The notes: generated from the sequence alone by a model not told the origin. Positions 25,591-38,638 are shown, numbered from the stretch's first letter. The stretch: DNA of 64,000 nt from Glycera tridactyla (GCA_965644265.1 OZ286462.1:51212001-51276000), one strand, 5' to 3'. Numbers and translations: made by a program.

Positions 25591-26094
25591 GGCCTCATAG
25601 TTGATACTGGTTGTGGCCTCATAGTTGATACTGGTAGTGGCCTCATAGTTGATACTGGTCATGGCCTCATAGTTGATACTGGTCTTGGCCTCATAGTTGA
25701 TACTGGTCGTGGCCTCATAGTTGATACTGGTTGTGGCCTCATAGTTGATACTGGTCGTGGCCTCATAGTTGATACTGGTCATGGCCTCATAGTTGATACT
25801 GGTCATGGCCTCATAATTGATACTGGTCATGGCTTCATAGTTGATACTGGTCATGGCCTCATAGTTGATACTAGTCTTGGCCTCATAGTTGATACTGGTC
25901 ATGGCCTCATAGTTGATACTGGTCATGGCCCCACAGGTGATACTGGTCATTGCCTCATAGTTGATACTGGTCATGGCCTCATAGTTGATACTGGTCATGG
26001 CCTCATAGTTGATACTGGTCATGGCCTCATAGTTGATACTGGTCATGGCCTCATAGTTGATACTGGTCATGGCCCCACAGGTGATGCTGGTCGG
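25591..26094. repeat. 24-bp minisatellite, about 21 units
   Basis: Unit GGCCTCATAGTTGATACTGGT plus a variable triplet (CAT, CGT, TGT, CTT, AGT). Two variant units GGCCCCACAGGTGAT.. (units 15 and 21). Confidence 0.97.
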
Positions 26095-27949
26095 CTGTGT
26101 AGAGGATAACTCGGTCATAACCCTTGCTTAGCAGCTATACTTGCTAGGATATATCAAAATTCACACTAAAGTATGTCAAGTTTGATTGTGTCGAATATAT
26201 TTTTCGCCCTAGCATCGCTTATTTGGATCAAATTGAAATGAGACTCACTGACAGAATATGTCTACATCTCTGGCAACTATAAATCTATTCTTCGTAAAGT
26301 TCATTTGTATATTTCACCATAGAATGCCAAATATGTTGATTTCATGCTGCTTTCACGGTGAGAGCAGTGGCCATAATTACATTGTTTCACATAGGAAAGA
26401 CCAGATGACAATGCCAGTGGATCCAGCATATAAATGCAATGAAATAATGGCGTATCCCGTTGAAAAGCATACAGAATACCCGAAACAAGTTTTGATAATC
26501 GTCAGGAGACCTGTACGATCCATTTCTGCCATTGAAAGTCAAATTAGACAAAAATTTACGAATTTAGCATCTCAAACGTACCTGCCACATTTGGATCTGA
26601 AAGAGTTTATCTATATAGCGAGCAAGACCTCATATCCAAGCGTACTTTTGGCTGATGGTTTCTAGAAAAAGCAAGGTGTTCCTTGATAGGTACAAATCAG
26701 CCAAATCTACTACCCACTGTGGGCACAAATTGTGTGATATATATTGGTTCAAAGAGGAAATGATGAGATTTTGTGCAAGGAAGATACAAAATTGATGGTG
26801 AATAATTCATAGTTGAAAGAAGCTCTCCTGTGGTCTTATACAAGTCTCATACCTACGAATGATAGCATACATGCCATAATAAATAGGCTATCAAGCACTG
26901 AGCAAAAGATATGCTATATAACAACAGAGATATGCTTGTTGAGAGACTTATGGTCAAAGCAGTGATTCTCATCAAAGATTCAATAGGTGTCACAATGCGA
27001 CTACATGTCTGACCACTTTTGCAAATGGGGTGAAGATTCTCACTCTATAGCTTGTATTGTGTTTGTCCACCGGAAAAGCCTCGATTTGAGGTAATTGTAA
27101 TGCGACGAATAAAAATGAAGAATCATCAATCAATTAATTCAAATTGAAGAATTATGTGATGTGATGCCTTGTTCTGATGAAGAGCTGAAGAATGTACCAA
27201 ATTGCTAGTCATATCTTGCAAATTGCAAGTCATATCTCAACACTTCCCTTGAGAGACATACATATGGGGATTTTAAGTAAGTTGCTCATCACAGGTCTCA
27301 CTGTATCATGAACAAGGACAGTGCTTTTGTATTATATAGACAGGCACTATGTTCTGTGGAACTATGCACCCTTTCTATGTTTTATTCTGCTGCAGTATGA
27401 GACACAGCTCTATATTCTCTATTGCAGTGTCATAGCAAAATAAACAATAAAGATGTGTGAATATTATGTATTTTGCATGGCAACAAGATAATGTAAAATA
27501 TTTGAATAGTTAACAGTTCGCACTTTAATTTTCAAATGATATATTACCGATGAGATGTAATCCGTGAAAAAGAACACATGCATTTGCTGAGTGTGATATT
27601 GCCATGATATTGATGGATTACAAATAAGTAAGATCGTAAAATAACAAATTGATGGGATATTGTTGCCATGGTGACATAGAAACATGATGGATATTTTGGT
27701 GTCCTATGTATAATTGCATTGCTTTGAATTAAAAAATCAGTGTATAGCCATCCATCACATAGTTTATGGGTACATTTTAATGTAGCTCACTAATCATTTT
27801 AAAAGATGAGCTCATTTATCTTGTCTTGTTGCTAAGTAACAATATGAATAGATAATGAATGGTAAAATCATATATGGCGCGCATGTGGATTCTACTTTTT
27901 ACAAGCTACAAAGAAGGATGTAACAGCTCAATGAAGACAGCTGGATATA

Positions 27950-28260
27950 GCTCTCGGTTCGACATGTTTCTGTCATATAGGCAGAGATGTGTCTGTACTG
28001 TCAGATGCCTCCAATTGATGGCCTCCAAGGTTCTCCATCGTCTTGTGTTCAGGGTTTGTGTGAGTGATTATTACAGAGGACATAAGTGACTAGGAATACG
28101 GGGTATACATAATCTTCTATATATTGTTGAATCTCGAACAAACCAACCCACCTCGATCCGCTACTTGTAAGTGCAACCTCAAAACTTTGAGCATGCATAA
28201 AACACTTCTCTGTATGCTGATATCAAAAAGTTTACCATTCATGCCATGACAAGTTTTTTC
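27950..28260 (-). mobile_element. decayed LINE RT relic (copy B, same family as 15300-16260)
   Basis: Shares CTTGTGTTCAGGGTTTGTGWGAGTGAT and GGAAYACRGGGYATACAT with 15969-16050. Minus strand reads DYVYPVFL then ITHTNPEHKTME. Confidence 0.5.
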
Positions 28261-28310
28261 ATCATACATAGCTGAAAGATTATAATAAATTATGTACACT
28301 GTGGTATATA

Positions 28311-28479
28311 CAGTCAAACCTGCTCAAGAGACCACCTCTATATAAAGGCCATGTACCCACCTTGAGCTGTGACTGTCGTAGTATTTTCAACAGTAAATGA
28401 CCTCTCTATTGGGGCCACCTGCCTACAAAAGCCACTTGCTGATGTGACCCAAGGTGGCCTTTATAGACAGGTTGGACTG
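28311..28479. mobile_element. MITE, AAAGACCACC subfamily
   Basis: TA flanks. Termini CAGTCAAACCTGCTC and ACAGGTTGGACTG; the interior (GAGCTGTGAC, AAATGACCTCTCTAT, GATGTGACC) aligns with 4764-4937. Confidence 0.9.
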
Positions 28480-28652
28480 TATTCAATCTATGATCTTATG
28501 GTGACATTATAATACTCATGAATCACCACCTGTATGGTCATACCTATATGGGTAGACTTTCTGTACTGTTCAGCACAATCAACTGTCCTGGTTCGAGGTC
28601 ACCTCACCTAACCTAAGTTATGATACATCACGGTGAATGATGAGTCAGCACA

Positions 28653-28654
<2 letters not shown>

Positions 28655-28685
<31 letters not shown>
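28655..28685. repeat. (TA)n microsatellite
   Basis: About 15 TA units. Confidence 0.95.
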
Positions 28686-28688
<3 letters not shown>

Positions 28689-29093
28689 TGTTCGGCTAAT
28701 GAGCACAGCATTGTTGTGCATATATATATACTCTGTTTTTTAATCATTTTGTTATGACACCAAAGCATGTGATATGATCATGAAGGCCATATGTATGTAA
28801 GCTCTAGTAATTATTCCTATTCTATCACATTAAGTGCTGGTGTATTTCACTTTGTAGTACAGTCTTTAAATTTAGCCACTCTCGCTAATCTCGGGGAGAG
28901 TGAATTAGATTTTGTGGGTGTGAAAAGAACAAAGTCGTTCTCCCAATGTAGGAGTTCAAATTGTCCTGTTGATGAGAAAGTGGATTCAGTGAAAAACATG
29001 AGATGGTGGGACTTGAATTTATTTCTGGGTGAGTGATCCTTCAAATCTGCTCTCCCAATGGTAGGAGTTAACCAGAACATGAGAACAAGTTGC

Positions 29094-29238
29094 ACCACAA
29101 ACCCACACACATGCACATACACAAACCCACACACATACACAAACCCACACACATGCATACACACACATACACAAACACACTCTTAACACACAAATACGCA
29201 CACATGCACATGTGCACAAACATGCTCACACACACACA
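29094..29238. repeat. (CA)-rich low-complexity tract
   Basis: Imperfect CACACA / CAAACCCACAC repeats. Confidence 0.9.
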
Positions 29239-31345
29239 TTATGCTTGGTTTCTCAAAAATAGGATATTGGCAATTTTGAGGATTAGGCAATGTGATCATC
29301 ATCATCTTGAAGGATTCGCTGGCTAATGATCAGTTGGGAGCAAAAAATAATAGATAAATATAGGTTATTTGAGATATCGAATTGATCATCGGCCGAGTTA
29401 TGATGTGAAACCCAGCCGGAAATAGTGCAGCTTTGAAATATGAGGGCAACACATGAGCTGTGAGTGCTATCACTAACAGAATATTAAGTACTTGACGCCC
29501 TCACCTATCAAGTTTGTTTTTTGCATTGATTTCCTCTCAGGACGACCTGCTAATGCAATATCAATCAATAGCATTATATTATCACCTAGTGAAGTATTGC
29601 CTACATTCACTTTCCCAGGCATCATTGTAATCAATTTTTTTTATAATTTCACACAATTCAATATATGATTATCTCTGGTCCAAAATAGCATTCCTATATG
29701 GATCATACAGAAGAACTGGTACCTTTTCAGGTGCAATCTTTATCAGGCATCTCTGTGGATATCAACAGTCACATCAACCATGTATGTAATCACCAGCTAG
29801 TGTGCTGGTCCCTAGGCGGGTGGTAACCCAAGGGATAATCACACATGTCTGATAATGTGTCCGGCAGTAAACACACCCTAACTTACATTGACTACATGTG
29901 ATTTCATTCTAAAATTTCTGTAAAATGGGCGGGAAATAGGTATATCTGATCATAAATACAGAATGCCCCTTGTACTGGACACAGGCCATACCTCACCTGG
30001 GCAGGCTACGTGGCAGGTACACTGTGCCTGTACCCGGCACTCGGGGAATTCTATATAAGTATCCACAAACTTGAAAGTACGGAAATACTCATGATGAAAA
30101 CATATCGAATCAATCATTGGATGCTCAGAGTTAATGAAAATGATCTCTGGCTTGTAGGTAACTCTGCTGTGACCTGGCATGGCACTGATGATGTGGCACT
30201 GGAAACAAGACAGTGGAAGCCAGTCAAGCTACACCACAGATGCAAACTTGGGCAATCATTGGAAAATCTAATTGAATGATACAATGATATCATCTCAAAA
30301 ATTTTCCCATTTGCCTGATTGGAATGTGGTGAGGAAAAAACTAGCCATGTCAATACTCAAATCAAATTTCATCTTGAATAATCAGTCTAGCTGAATGAAA
30401 CTATTGAAGAAATGTATCTAGATATTTGAGCATGTGATTTATTTTCGAAAATGAAAATGAAAATACTGTTATCAGGCGAAGACAGCATGATACATTCAAA
30501 TGATACAATAAACAATCGAGATCACTTGTAGTCCGACTCAAAAATCTATTTCTACCACTGCTACCATTGTTTTATCAAGGGTCAATCGAGTGTATTCGTC
30601 TTTGTCTGAAGGAACACAGGTCAAGTTTCACTGTTTTTTCGCCATGCTATCCCACCAATTGGAGGTGTTGAAGAAGCCTCCCCTGTCAAGTTTCACTGAT
30701 TACCTTCATTCAGCAGGTCACATTTGACTGAATATTTCTGGTCCATATTGGATTAGATCTAGGGCATTAAATCTTTCAAAGGTTCATGAATTTATCACAA
30801 GTTGTATCGCAGCCTTGAAGAATTCCTCTCATTCTAGGGAATTTCACACTGAGGGGAAACAAATTTAACCCAGATGACCTTCATCGAACATAAAAGCAGG
30901 CTGCAGGTAGGGATATAAAGGTGGCATGTGACGGCGTCCCACAGGGGTGTCCAATATAGAGAGAAAAACTTGTGAAAGTTCCGTCTCTGTGTATCATGAT
31001 TATATATGGCTACTAATTATCCGTTGATGACAGCGTACCTCCCAAGTGTTGACTCAAAATATTTGTTATTCATCGTTAATGCTGCATGTCATTTGGTGTA
31101 CAGTGAGACATGCGACAAGCAAGCCAGTGACCAGCAGTCACCTTCAACTAGCAAGCATTTTTTCCGAGATCAGTTTTCAGTCATTCCTTAGTCTGAGCCT
31201 CTCTTGTTGCTGATATAAATGTAGGTCATACTAATTATCATAAAAACCCTCGCCAAAACAAGAAATCATACTGATAATGATTAAATCATTTTTCGCGGAT
31301 TGATGGATTGGTTGAACTGGTGGTTGGTTGATTTCCTTCAGTATA

Positions 31346-31506
31346 CAGTCAAACCTCCCTATAAAGACCGCCTTCAGTCACACACAAAAATGGCCTTTAT
31401 AGAGAGGTCATTTATTGTTGAGAATACTACCACGGTCGCAGCTCAGGGTGGTCTTTATAGGGAGGTCGTCTCTATAGAGAGGTGGTCTTTAGAGGAGGTT
31501 CGACTG
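31346..31506. mobile_element. MITE, AAAGACCACC subfamily (opposite orientation to 4764)
   Basis: TA flanks. Termini CAGTCAAACCTCC and GGAGGTTCGACTG; its reverse complement aligns end to end with 4764-4937. Confidence 0.92.
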
Positions 31507-32495
31507 TATATCACACCCATCCATTGCGGTCCTATTAATATCTACATTCATACCTTGTGAGATATATTCACATATCTCTTAAGTTTACTGTGGAATGTTA
31601 ATGGCCAGTTGATGGATTATTTGAATGTATGCCACATCTATTGTATCCCACCATTGAGATATAGCTCTTGTGTAAAACTGTGCTGCTGGATATGCCGCTC
31701 AGTGTGAATACCTGACTGCCTGGAATTCAGATTTTATTTGCTGGATGATAGCTTCACCTGGGTTCTTCAGTGCATTTGGTCCAAAGTGTTCTCGTGGTGT
31801 GAAAGAAATGTTAATTGTGGAGTAACCTAATTGGCAATTTTATGTAGTGAGATAATATTAGGTCTAGTTCTCACGGGTCGTAGCAAATCTGAGTAACGCA
31901 AACAAGCAGGTTTGATCACCGATTGCCTTCCACTCGGCCTCGCCTTCAAAAGAAGTGCTAGCCTCTACTGCACCACTTCTAATCCTAGCTTTGCCTTGCT
32001 AGCCTGTGAAGTCAAATATTTGATAACAAATAAACGCTAGTTGTTGACAACTTGACAGTGAAGGCGGAACTGGAGTCGAGAACATGCTCTTGGTTGTGTT
32101 TATCGAAGTGATTAGAGTCAGTATGCGGACAGCTATGTCGCTGCCAATTGTGGACACAGCCATGTATTTGAACTTGGATCACAACTAATTTTGTTCTTCA
32201 GGTTCCTGTTTCAAATAGATAAAATGTTGACTGGCTACACACCATCAAATTTGTTTCGGATCCACGGAAATAAGTTGGTATATCATTCTGGATATTAGTC
32301 CTCCTAACCAAGTGCTGCCTTCAGACTCGATATATACCAAGGCTGACTCAATCAAGGAGAGGGTGTAGAGGATGTGACACTCAACTAAGTTTCAAGAAAA
32401 AATAGAATGTCCATCTTCCCCTATTTTCTTCAAAATGAGAAATCTTTGGGTGTCCATTTTTCAGAATTTGGTGGCCAGGAGACACCTGGGCACCC

Positions 32496-32643
32496 NNNNN
32501 NNNNNNNNNNNNNNNNNNNNNNNNNNNNNNNNNNNNNNNNNNNNNNNNNNNNNNNNNNNNNNNNNNNNNNNNNNNNNNNNNNNNNNNNNNNNNNNNNNNN
32601 NNNNNNNNNNNNNNNNNNNNNNNNNNNNNNNNNNNNNNNNNNN
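32496..32643. other. assembly gap (148 N)
   Basis: Run of N. Confidence 1.
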
Positions 32644-33599
32644 ACTTTTAGTGTCTGTGAATTCCATAAATGTTCACGTTCTGTTGGGGACCCAGAAGGA
32701 GTAGGCCTGAATTATCCCACCCATACCCAGTGCATGGGCATCTTGATACAACACAAAAGGAGCTGACGTGACATCAAACCAGAACTAACCAACCAACCAC
32801 CCCAACATTTCAATCGTGTTATGTTGGTTGTACTCATTTGCTGTTCATGCCTCACAAATCTGTGTGCCTACAGAGCAGCTTAGTGTATAGCATGATGAAT
32901 TGTACTCCACCACCTTATCTGTCAAGTCTATCTGCTTTGCAGGGACAACACCGCCATTACATTTTTCATTCAGTAAATTTCTAGTTGTGTTTATTGCGTA
33001 TAAGCAAGTGTGATTTGATTGAAGATAAATGGTATGGTTATTACTAGGCTATGATGATTACTGTTGGAGTGTCAAGAGAAGATTAGGACATATATTCCGC
33101 ACTAATTGCCAGCTGATGTTGAGCAACACGCTATAATTCTACTCCATCATGACACCATAATTCCGCTTCATCATGACAGCTTCGCCGCAGTTTGTCCGTC
33201 CAGTTACAGCTATTGTTACGGCAGTACAGCTCTGTCATTGCTATTGCTGCTTGGATTTGCCTTTGGTGACACGCATTCATTGTCCAATGGCATGAGAGCT
33301 GCACTGTTGCTGCTGAATATGACAGGTCCGCAGTCGCTGATTGTCTCAATCAGGATTAGTGGAGAATCTCATGCTTTGTGGTCAATTATGACCAATCCTG
33401 TCAATGAATCAGTAACAAAAGATAGATGCATCTGATCCAGGATGATGTAGGGATTTATATAACCCTTTCTGTCACCCATTTCTTGGTTTGCTTTTTTTCG
33501 ATTCATGCTTTATGTTGTGTCAAGTAGCATTCTCTGGCTGAGGTAATTCATACATGTGCAAGTTTGTGCAAATATAGAAGTAGGCCAAAACAAAATTAC

Positions 33600-34432
33600 A
33601 TCTGTTGTCATTGCAGATTTTGATGAAGTATGTCTGTGAGATTCATTTGTATGTGCCTCCGATCTTTCATGAGAGAGCAAATTATTTATCTGCTCAATTT
33701 ACGATTGACAGATTTGATCAGAATACTTTCCTCCATATTCAGTATTGTTTCATCCCAATTCTTCTCTAAATAGGTCTTTTATTTTGGAAATACTGAAAGG
33801 AGGCACATTGCAAAAACGGTCCATGCAGGGCGTATATAGCCCCCTCTGGGTCTCTCTTCGTGCAGTTTCCATGAATATGTCGTGATTGAAGTGTGTCACA
33901 GCTCATGCAACAAAGGGATCCACTGAATATCTTCTGTGAATTTTTATGAAGCCCAGTGAATCTCTCGTATACTTGTTTTGTTGGAGTACCACTATTATGA
34001 AGGTTATCACTTCCTCTCTCTTGTACAGGCTATAGGCTCCATTCCATGAAAAGGTACTCATGACCTCAGAATCTGCATATCTGCATATGGTTTCTCAGAA
34101 TGTGTGTCAAAATGTGAGGCCATTTTAATTTTGATCAGCCCAAATGACTGTCCTGCCTGTCTCCGTTCATTAAACCAATTTCGAGCTTTCATTAGAGTAA
34201 GTAAAAACACACACTGGAAGACTGGATTTCCACCCTTTGATAGATTGAATTGCTGAAACGGTTTACATGATATATACTCATGTGTCAATAGTTCTGGAAG
34301 CACTTTCATCCTATAGTAAGGGGACTTCCTCAGGCAGTTCCTTAGTTGACAAAAAGTATATCGAGACCATACTTGTAGAGAAGATTCTCGGTACTCACGG
34401 CAAACTGATTTTGGACTAGCTTTCAAGGTCAA
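33600..34432 (-). pseudogene. decayed pogo/Tigger-like (CENP-B-HTH + DDE_1) transposase
   Basis: Minus strand KGGNPVF...MKARNWFNERRQAGQSFGLIKIKMASHF resembles the HTH_Tnp_Tc5/CENP-B helix (W..E.R..G.......I..KA). In order downstream, with frameshifts, come TFSWNGAYSLYKR (like F.ASNGWL.RFK.R) and NVPPFSISKIK (33781-33809; like KLPP.IIFKGK). Confidence 0.45.
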
Positions 34433-35219
34433 GCGTCCTGACCCCCTCCTCAGCTCTGTGGCAACTGCGATGTTGAGCTCCTGGTATATGACTGGGAGGG
34501 CTTATTTTGAGACTAGTTTCAGTGAAGGTTGATAATTATCCCTGCTGAAACTGTCTCCCCTGAAGTATCATGATGACGTTGCGAGTTTGATCATGAAGGA
34601 ATCTATATGTTTCTTTCTATGGGTTGATGTAGCTGTGTTGCCCTTGGAATAATCAATTGCATTCACCTGTTGTTTGGTGTCCTGTGAATATGCAATGAAT
34701 TGGCTCTTAGGAAACAGATATGGTTCTTGGGAGTATTTATGACCGGCTGCACCAATTCACCCAGGGTTCCCAGATGTAGACATGAAAGTATTCAGAGTAT
34801 TGTGAGTCATATAACGCTGCTTTGTTGGTCTCAGGTGGTGGAAATCCACATCGGTACTGTAGATACTTCCGATTTCCCTACCCGTTATCAGCTGTCAACC
34901 AGAACACCCCATGCTGACCAGAAATTGATGGACCAATATGGCTCTTTCAATGTCAGGAATGTCACAAGGCAAAGTTGCAATTACTCCCATTCAATCTCCA
35001 CAGGAATTCTCCAGACAGGCTATCCAAATAGTTGAGTCCTCTCAGCAGGTGATCTTATATTGTATGATACTGGTGATTTTCACAGCAGGTAATTTGATCC
35101 TGATGTGTTGTGCCAGGTAGACTCGACAATGATGAGTTAGAAGAAGGTACGGTATAGCATTACTTTTACGTTTGGGCTTGAGTGTATTTTTATCATTTTT
35201 GCATTGTTTGTGTTTGCAG

Positions 35220-35396
35220 AAGGGCAGCTATTATAAAGATAGTGACGCAACTACGAGTTGTGATGAGGAGAGTTATGTAGACAATAGACGCGGACTCTAT
35301 AGTGGATCTGTACGCCGATTCCCGCAGCCAGAGCCCAGCGACGGAAATAACTATAGTGCCGCTCGATATCCGGCCCTCACCAAAGCTGAATTAGAG
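35220..35396 (+). CDS. candidate internal coding exon (59 codons, phase 0-0) of an unidentified host gene
   Basis: Acceptor TTTTGCATTGTTTGTGTTTGCAG and donor GAG|GTCAGT. 177 nt open: KGSYYKDSDATTSCDEESYVDNRRGLYSGSVRRFPQPEPSDGNNYSAARYPALTKAELE. CpG-retaining, unlike its flanks. No family recognised. Confidence 0.5.
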
Positions 35397-36138
35397 GTCA
35401 GTCCATATGTCACTTACCACACTCATTTGTTTAAATGCACAGGTTTGCCTCTAATAATGATGGATGATAATATTGACGAGAATTCTCAATTGGCGTGGAA
35501 ATTGCGATGATTATGCAGAAATTTTAATATAATATTGCTGCAGTCTCAAAACAGATTGTGATCATATAGCGGATGGTGACACTTCAAATCCAATTAAATC
35601 AAGGACATGTGCATTCAGAGAATGTTTTTGGCCCCCATGATGATTATCAAACTTTTGTTGCCAGCTCTCACAGTGAATCTCACCAGATTGAATGCTTCTT
35701 TTTTTAGACCATTGGCTATCATCATCTTCAAAATTCCCCTTGATGATCTCTCTCGATGTGTTGAATTGTGCTGATGCAATACTTCCACAAATTCATTTTG
35801 TTAGAAATATCAGATCCCTCCATGAACGATTTTGTTTGGCTTCTATTCTGTCAGTCCCAAGGTCTATCTTTTTTTTTATGGATACTTCATTTAAACTACC
35901 ATAACCCACTCTATATTATTTTGTTTTTAACTTCAAACCATCATTTTGGATACTGATAGTTCACTTAGATACATTGGCGAGCGATTTTGGGAAATTGTGC
36001 AAATGAAGGTCGTATCGTTCAGTTATGCTTCTTATTCTTCATTTTGATTTTGACTGCCACAACTGGGTTCTTGATGAATTCAGTGATTGGGTCCCTTGTG
36101 GCACAAGATGTTTTGTTCAGGTGACACATACCCATGCG

Positions 36139-36184
36139 CACACACACATACACACACACACACACACACGTGTGTGTGTGTGTG
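36139..36184. repeat. (CA)n-(TG)n head-to-head microsatellite with 30-bp perfect palindrome
   Basis: 36155-36184 is CACACACACACACAC followed by GTGTGTGTGTGTGTG, self-complementary around the central CG. Confidence 0.95.
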
Positions 36185-36650
36185 CTCACACAAACATACA
36201 CTAGTGCAACCTAATTCACACCTACACACAGATCCTCACACTGCACATGCATCAAAACACACAGAAAATAATCTCTTGACTAAATTTCAGGACCAGCAAT
36301 TCACAACAGAATGACTGGAATTCTAGAGGCATCAGTCATCCACAGCGTGGTAGAGCCTCACCCTAGTCTGGCTGACTCTAGCCAGCGATACTGCGAGCTA
36401 CTGGCACCTAGCGTGTCCATGTATCTTGTTCAGTCAACTTAACTTGGTCCCATAACCCCATTACTCACTGCACTTATTGTAAATGATCACCCAAAGACGG
36501 GGTCACTAACCAGAATCTTCAGGTCAAACTGGACTTGATTGGTCACTCATTGCATCAATGTAACCTGCTTATAAGTTGGAGGAATATTCATAGGCTATTC
36601 ATGTCTGTTTACATCAGATGGTTTATTAAATCATCACAAATATTGTAGTA

Positions 36651-36765
36651 CAGTAAGACCCATCTTGAAATACTGGCCCAAGCACGAGCGTTCTCTCAAT
36701 ACAGGTGGTCTCTCGAAAGGGGACAATCTCCCAAAACTGGCATCTCTCAAAACAGCTTTCATTGT
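36651..36765. mobile_element. degenerate CAGT-type MITE
   Basis: TA-CAGTAAGACC at the left, CAGCTTTCATTG-TA at the right, internal GGTGGTCTCTC. Confidence 0.5.
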
Positions 36766-37260
36766 AGTGAGACGTCAGTTGATACCTAGATGACAATTCT
36801 CATATTTTTTATGCAAATTACAATCCAAGTTTCACCATGTTGATAGTGGTGATCAAGCACCGAAGATGCAGCAGATGGTTTGAATTTCTGCCTTTTTTAT
36901 CGTAGGGAATTTATGATTTGATGGTGTGGTACACTCAGCCATCCCATATTTACCAAGCACAGAGTTTCCATAGGATATCCATAATATGTTGTGGACCTTG
37001 GAGGTTTTTCCCCTGGATATCCTACGCTTACTCAGTCATAATTCTCAACAAATACAACTACCATGGTCAGTACATGATTGTACATGCACCAAACTGCCAG
37101 AAAGACAGAATCAGGGTGGTAGCGGGGAAAATATATTAACAAATTGTACAGCAGAGTCATCAACAAAATCTCTCATGAATTTACATCCAGCTATTACCAT
37201 TATTATTTTTCTAACCTAAAACCCCTCATGCCCCACATCATCCTTCACACAAACAATATA

Positions 37261-37412
37261 CAGTCTAACTTGTCTATAAAGACCATGAATAGTGGCCTTT
37301 ATAGGCAGGTTGTCTTTATGGAGAGGTCATTTTATACTGTTGACAAAGTTTTTCTAGCTCACAGCTCAGACTGGCCTTTTTAGATAGGAGGTCTTTAGAG
37401 CAGGTCGGACTG
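37261..37412. mobile_element. MITE, AAAGACCACC subfamily (older copy)
   Basis: TA flanks. Termini CAGTCTAACTTGTCTATAAAGACC and GGTCTTTAGAGCAGGTCGGACTG; interior aligns with 31346 and 52160. Confidence 0.88.
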
Positions 37413-38638
37413 TAATACTAAGCAGACTTCTGAATCCCATATTTTACACCAAGTAGAGACTTCTGATTGTATAATGTTTTCAGAGAATTTTTGGCATATA
37501 TGTAATTGATAATTCATCTGTGGTTTTTTGGAGAAATGTGGGATGAATGCTGATGTAGGCATATGGTTGAAATGAGATATATTTCATGATGGCACAATTG
37601 AACCTGCCTCAAGCATGGCCTGTACTGAGCAATAATCTATCTTGAGCAATCGTGCTCTGCTTGTCCAGCCATTGTATTTCTACTTTGATTCACCTGCCCT
37701 CAGCGTGAACCTGTTCGAAACATGGAAGTATGTCTCCTCCCTTGACTCCATGCTTATTAGGACAGGTTTGACTGTAGCTTTCCAATGATGAACAACTGAG
37801 ATGGGAATATTCATGTATGGAAATGCATGACAAACAATTGTACCTGGATTTGAATGAAATCAGGATAATTAACATTGTCCTTAGATTTGACTAAAGTCTG
37901 ATCAAAAGTGGAAACAAAATGAAAGATTTGTTTGAATCAATTTTAAAAGCAGCATCTGCACAATGAATGTCCGCTCCAGATGTCAATCAGAGATTTGACA
38001 GATTTTACCTTTCTTCCGCAATCATATTACTATGAAGGCCACTTTTTAGACAACATGAGGTGCTTTTCATATACAGGTTTGAATGTTTCATGTACCCATT
38101 TCTGTATCAGAAGGATCTAGCAGTTGCAATTCACCCCATTGCCAGGTAGTCTGATCTGATAGTTTAGAGAATCTCACAAAGGAATGAGATTTTTCTCGGA
38201 TCTTCGATGGAATCACCTAAATAGACAAAGTTGGATTTCCATGGGATCGCAGTGATTCCTATGGCCATCCAGCCCTGTCAGCTTTGGTGATTTTGCTTCC
38301 AATTTTCCCATGTTTTCGCTGTATGATGTGATATAGAATGTGCATTTTTGTATTCTTCTTCGGCATGCAGGAATGAACATCCATTTTGTGAGGGGCTCTA
38401 GGTCACCAGCACACCAGCCATTTTTGCTCCACCTCTCTCTCTCCTGTTCCTTATTTTCCAGCTGTGCAGGCATTTTCTGGCATATCTGATGGAGTTTTTG
38501 GTTCATTTTTTCGCCCATCATTTTACGCTGTATGCATGATTAATTTTTTCTCCGAACCTTGTCACGACTTGACCCTCGTCCTTTTAAACTGATTGTCAAC
38601 AGCTCTGACCCATTCCCCCTCACTCTTCTGTTTCACAG

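Noticed and set aside
25480-26118. CRISPR array, or 209/215-aa repeat proteins
   Set aside because: Units are head-to-tail with no unique spacers and the context is eukaryotic. The ORFs exist because a 24-bp unit lacks stops in those frames; no splice or start evidence supports coding.
26258-26665. 135-aa ORF and a hydrophobic antisense frame with a DR motif (GPCR-like)
   Set aside because: No recognisable family; the antisense frame has many stops and lacks ordered TM motifs.
29963-30058. LVLDTG as a retropepsin active site
   Set aside because: Isolated in a 31-codon frame with no flap or GxD motif and no neighbouring gag or RT.
33106-33435. 109-aa ORF with a signal- or GPI-like hydrophobic stretch
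   Set aside because: Non-ATG start, no splice signals, and the hydrophobic run derives from low-complexity CTG/TTG DNA.
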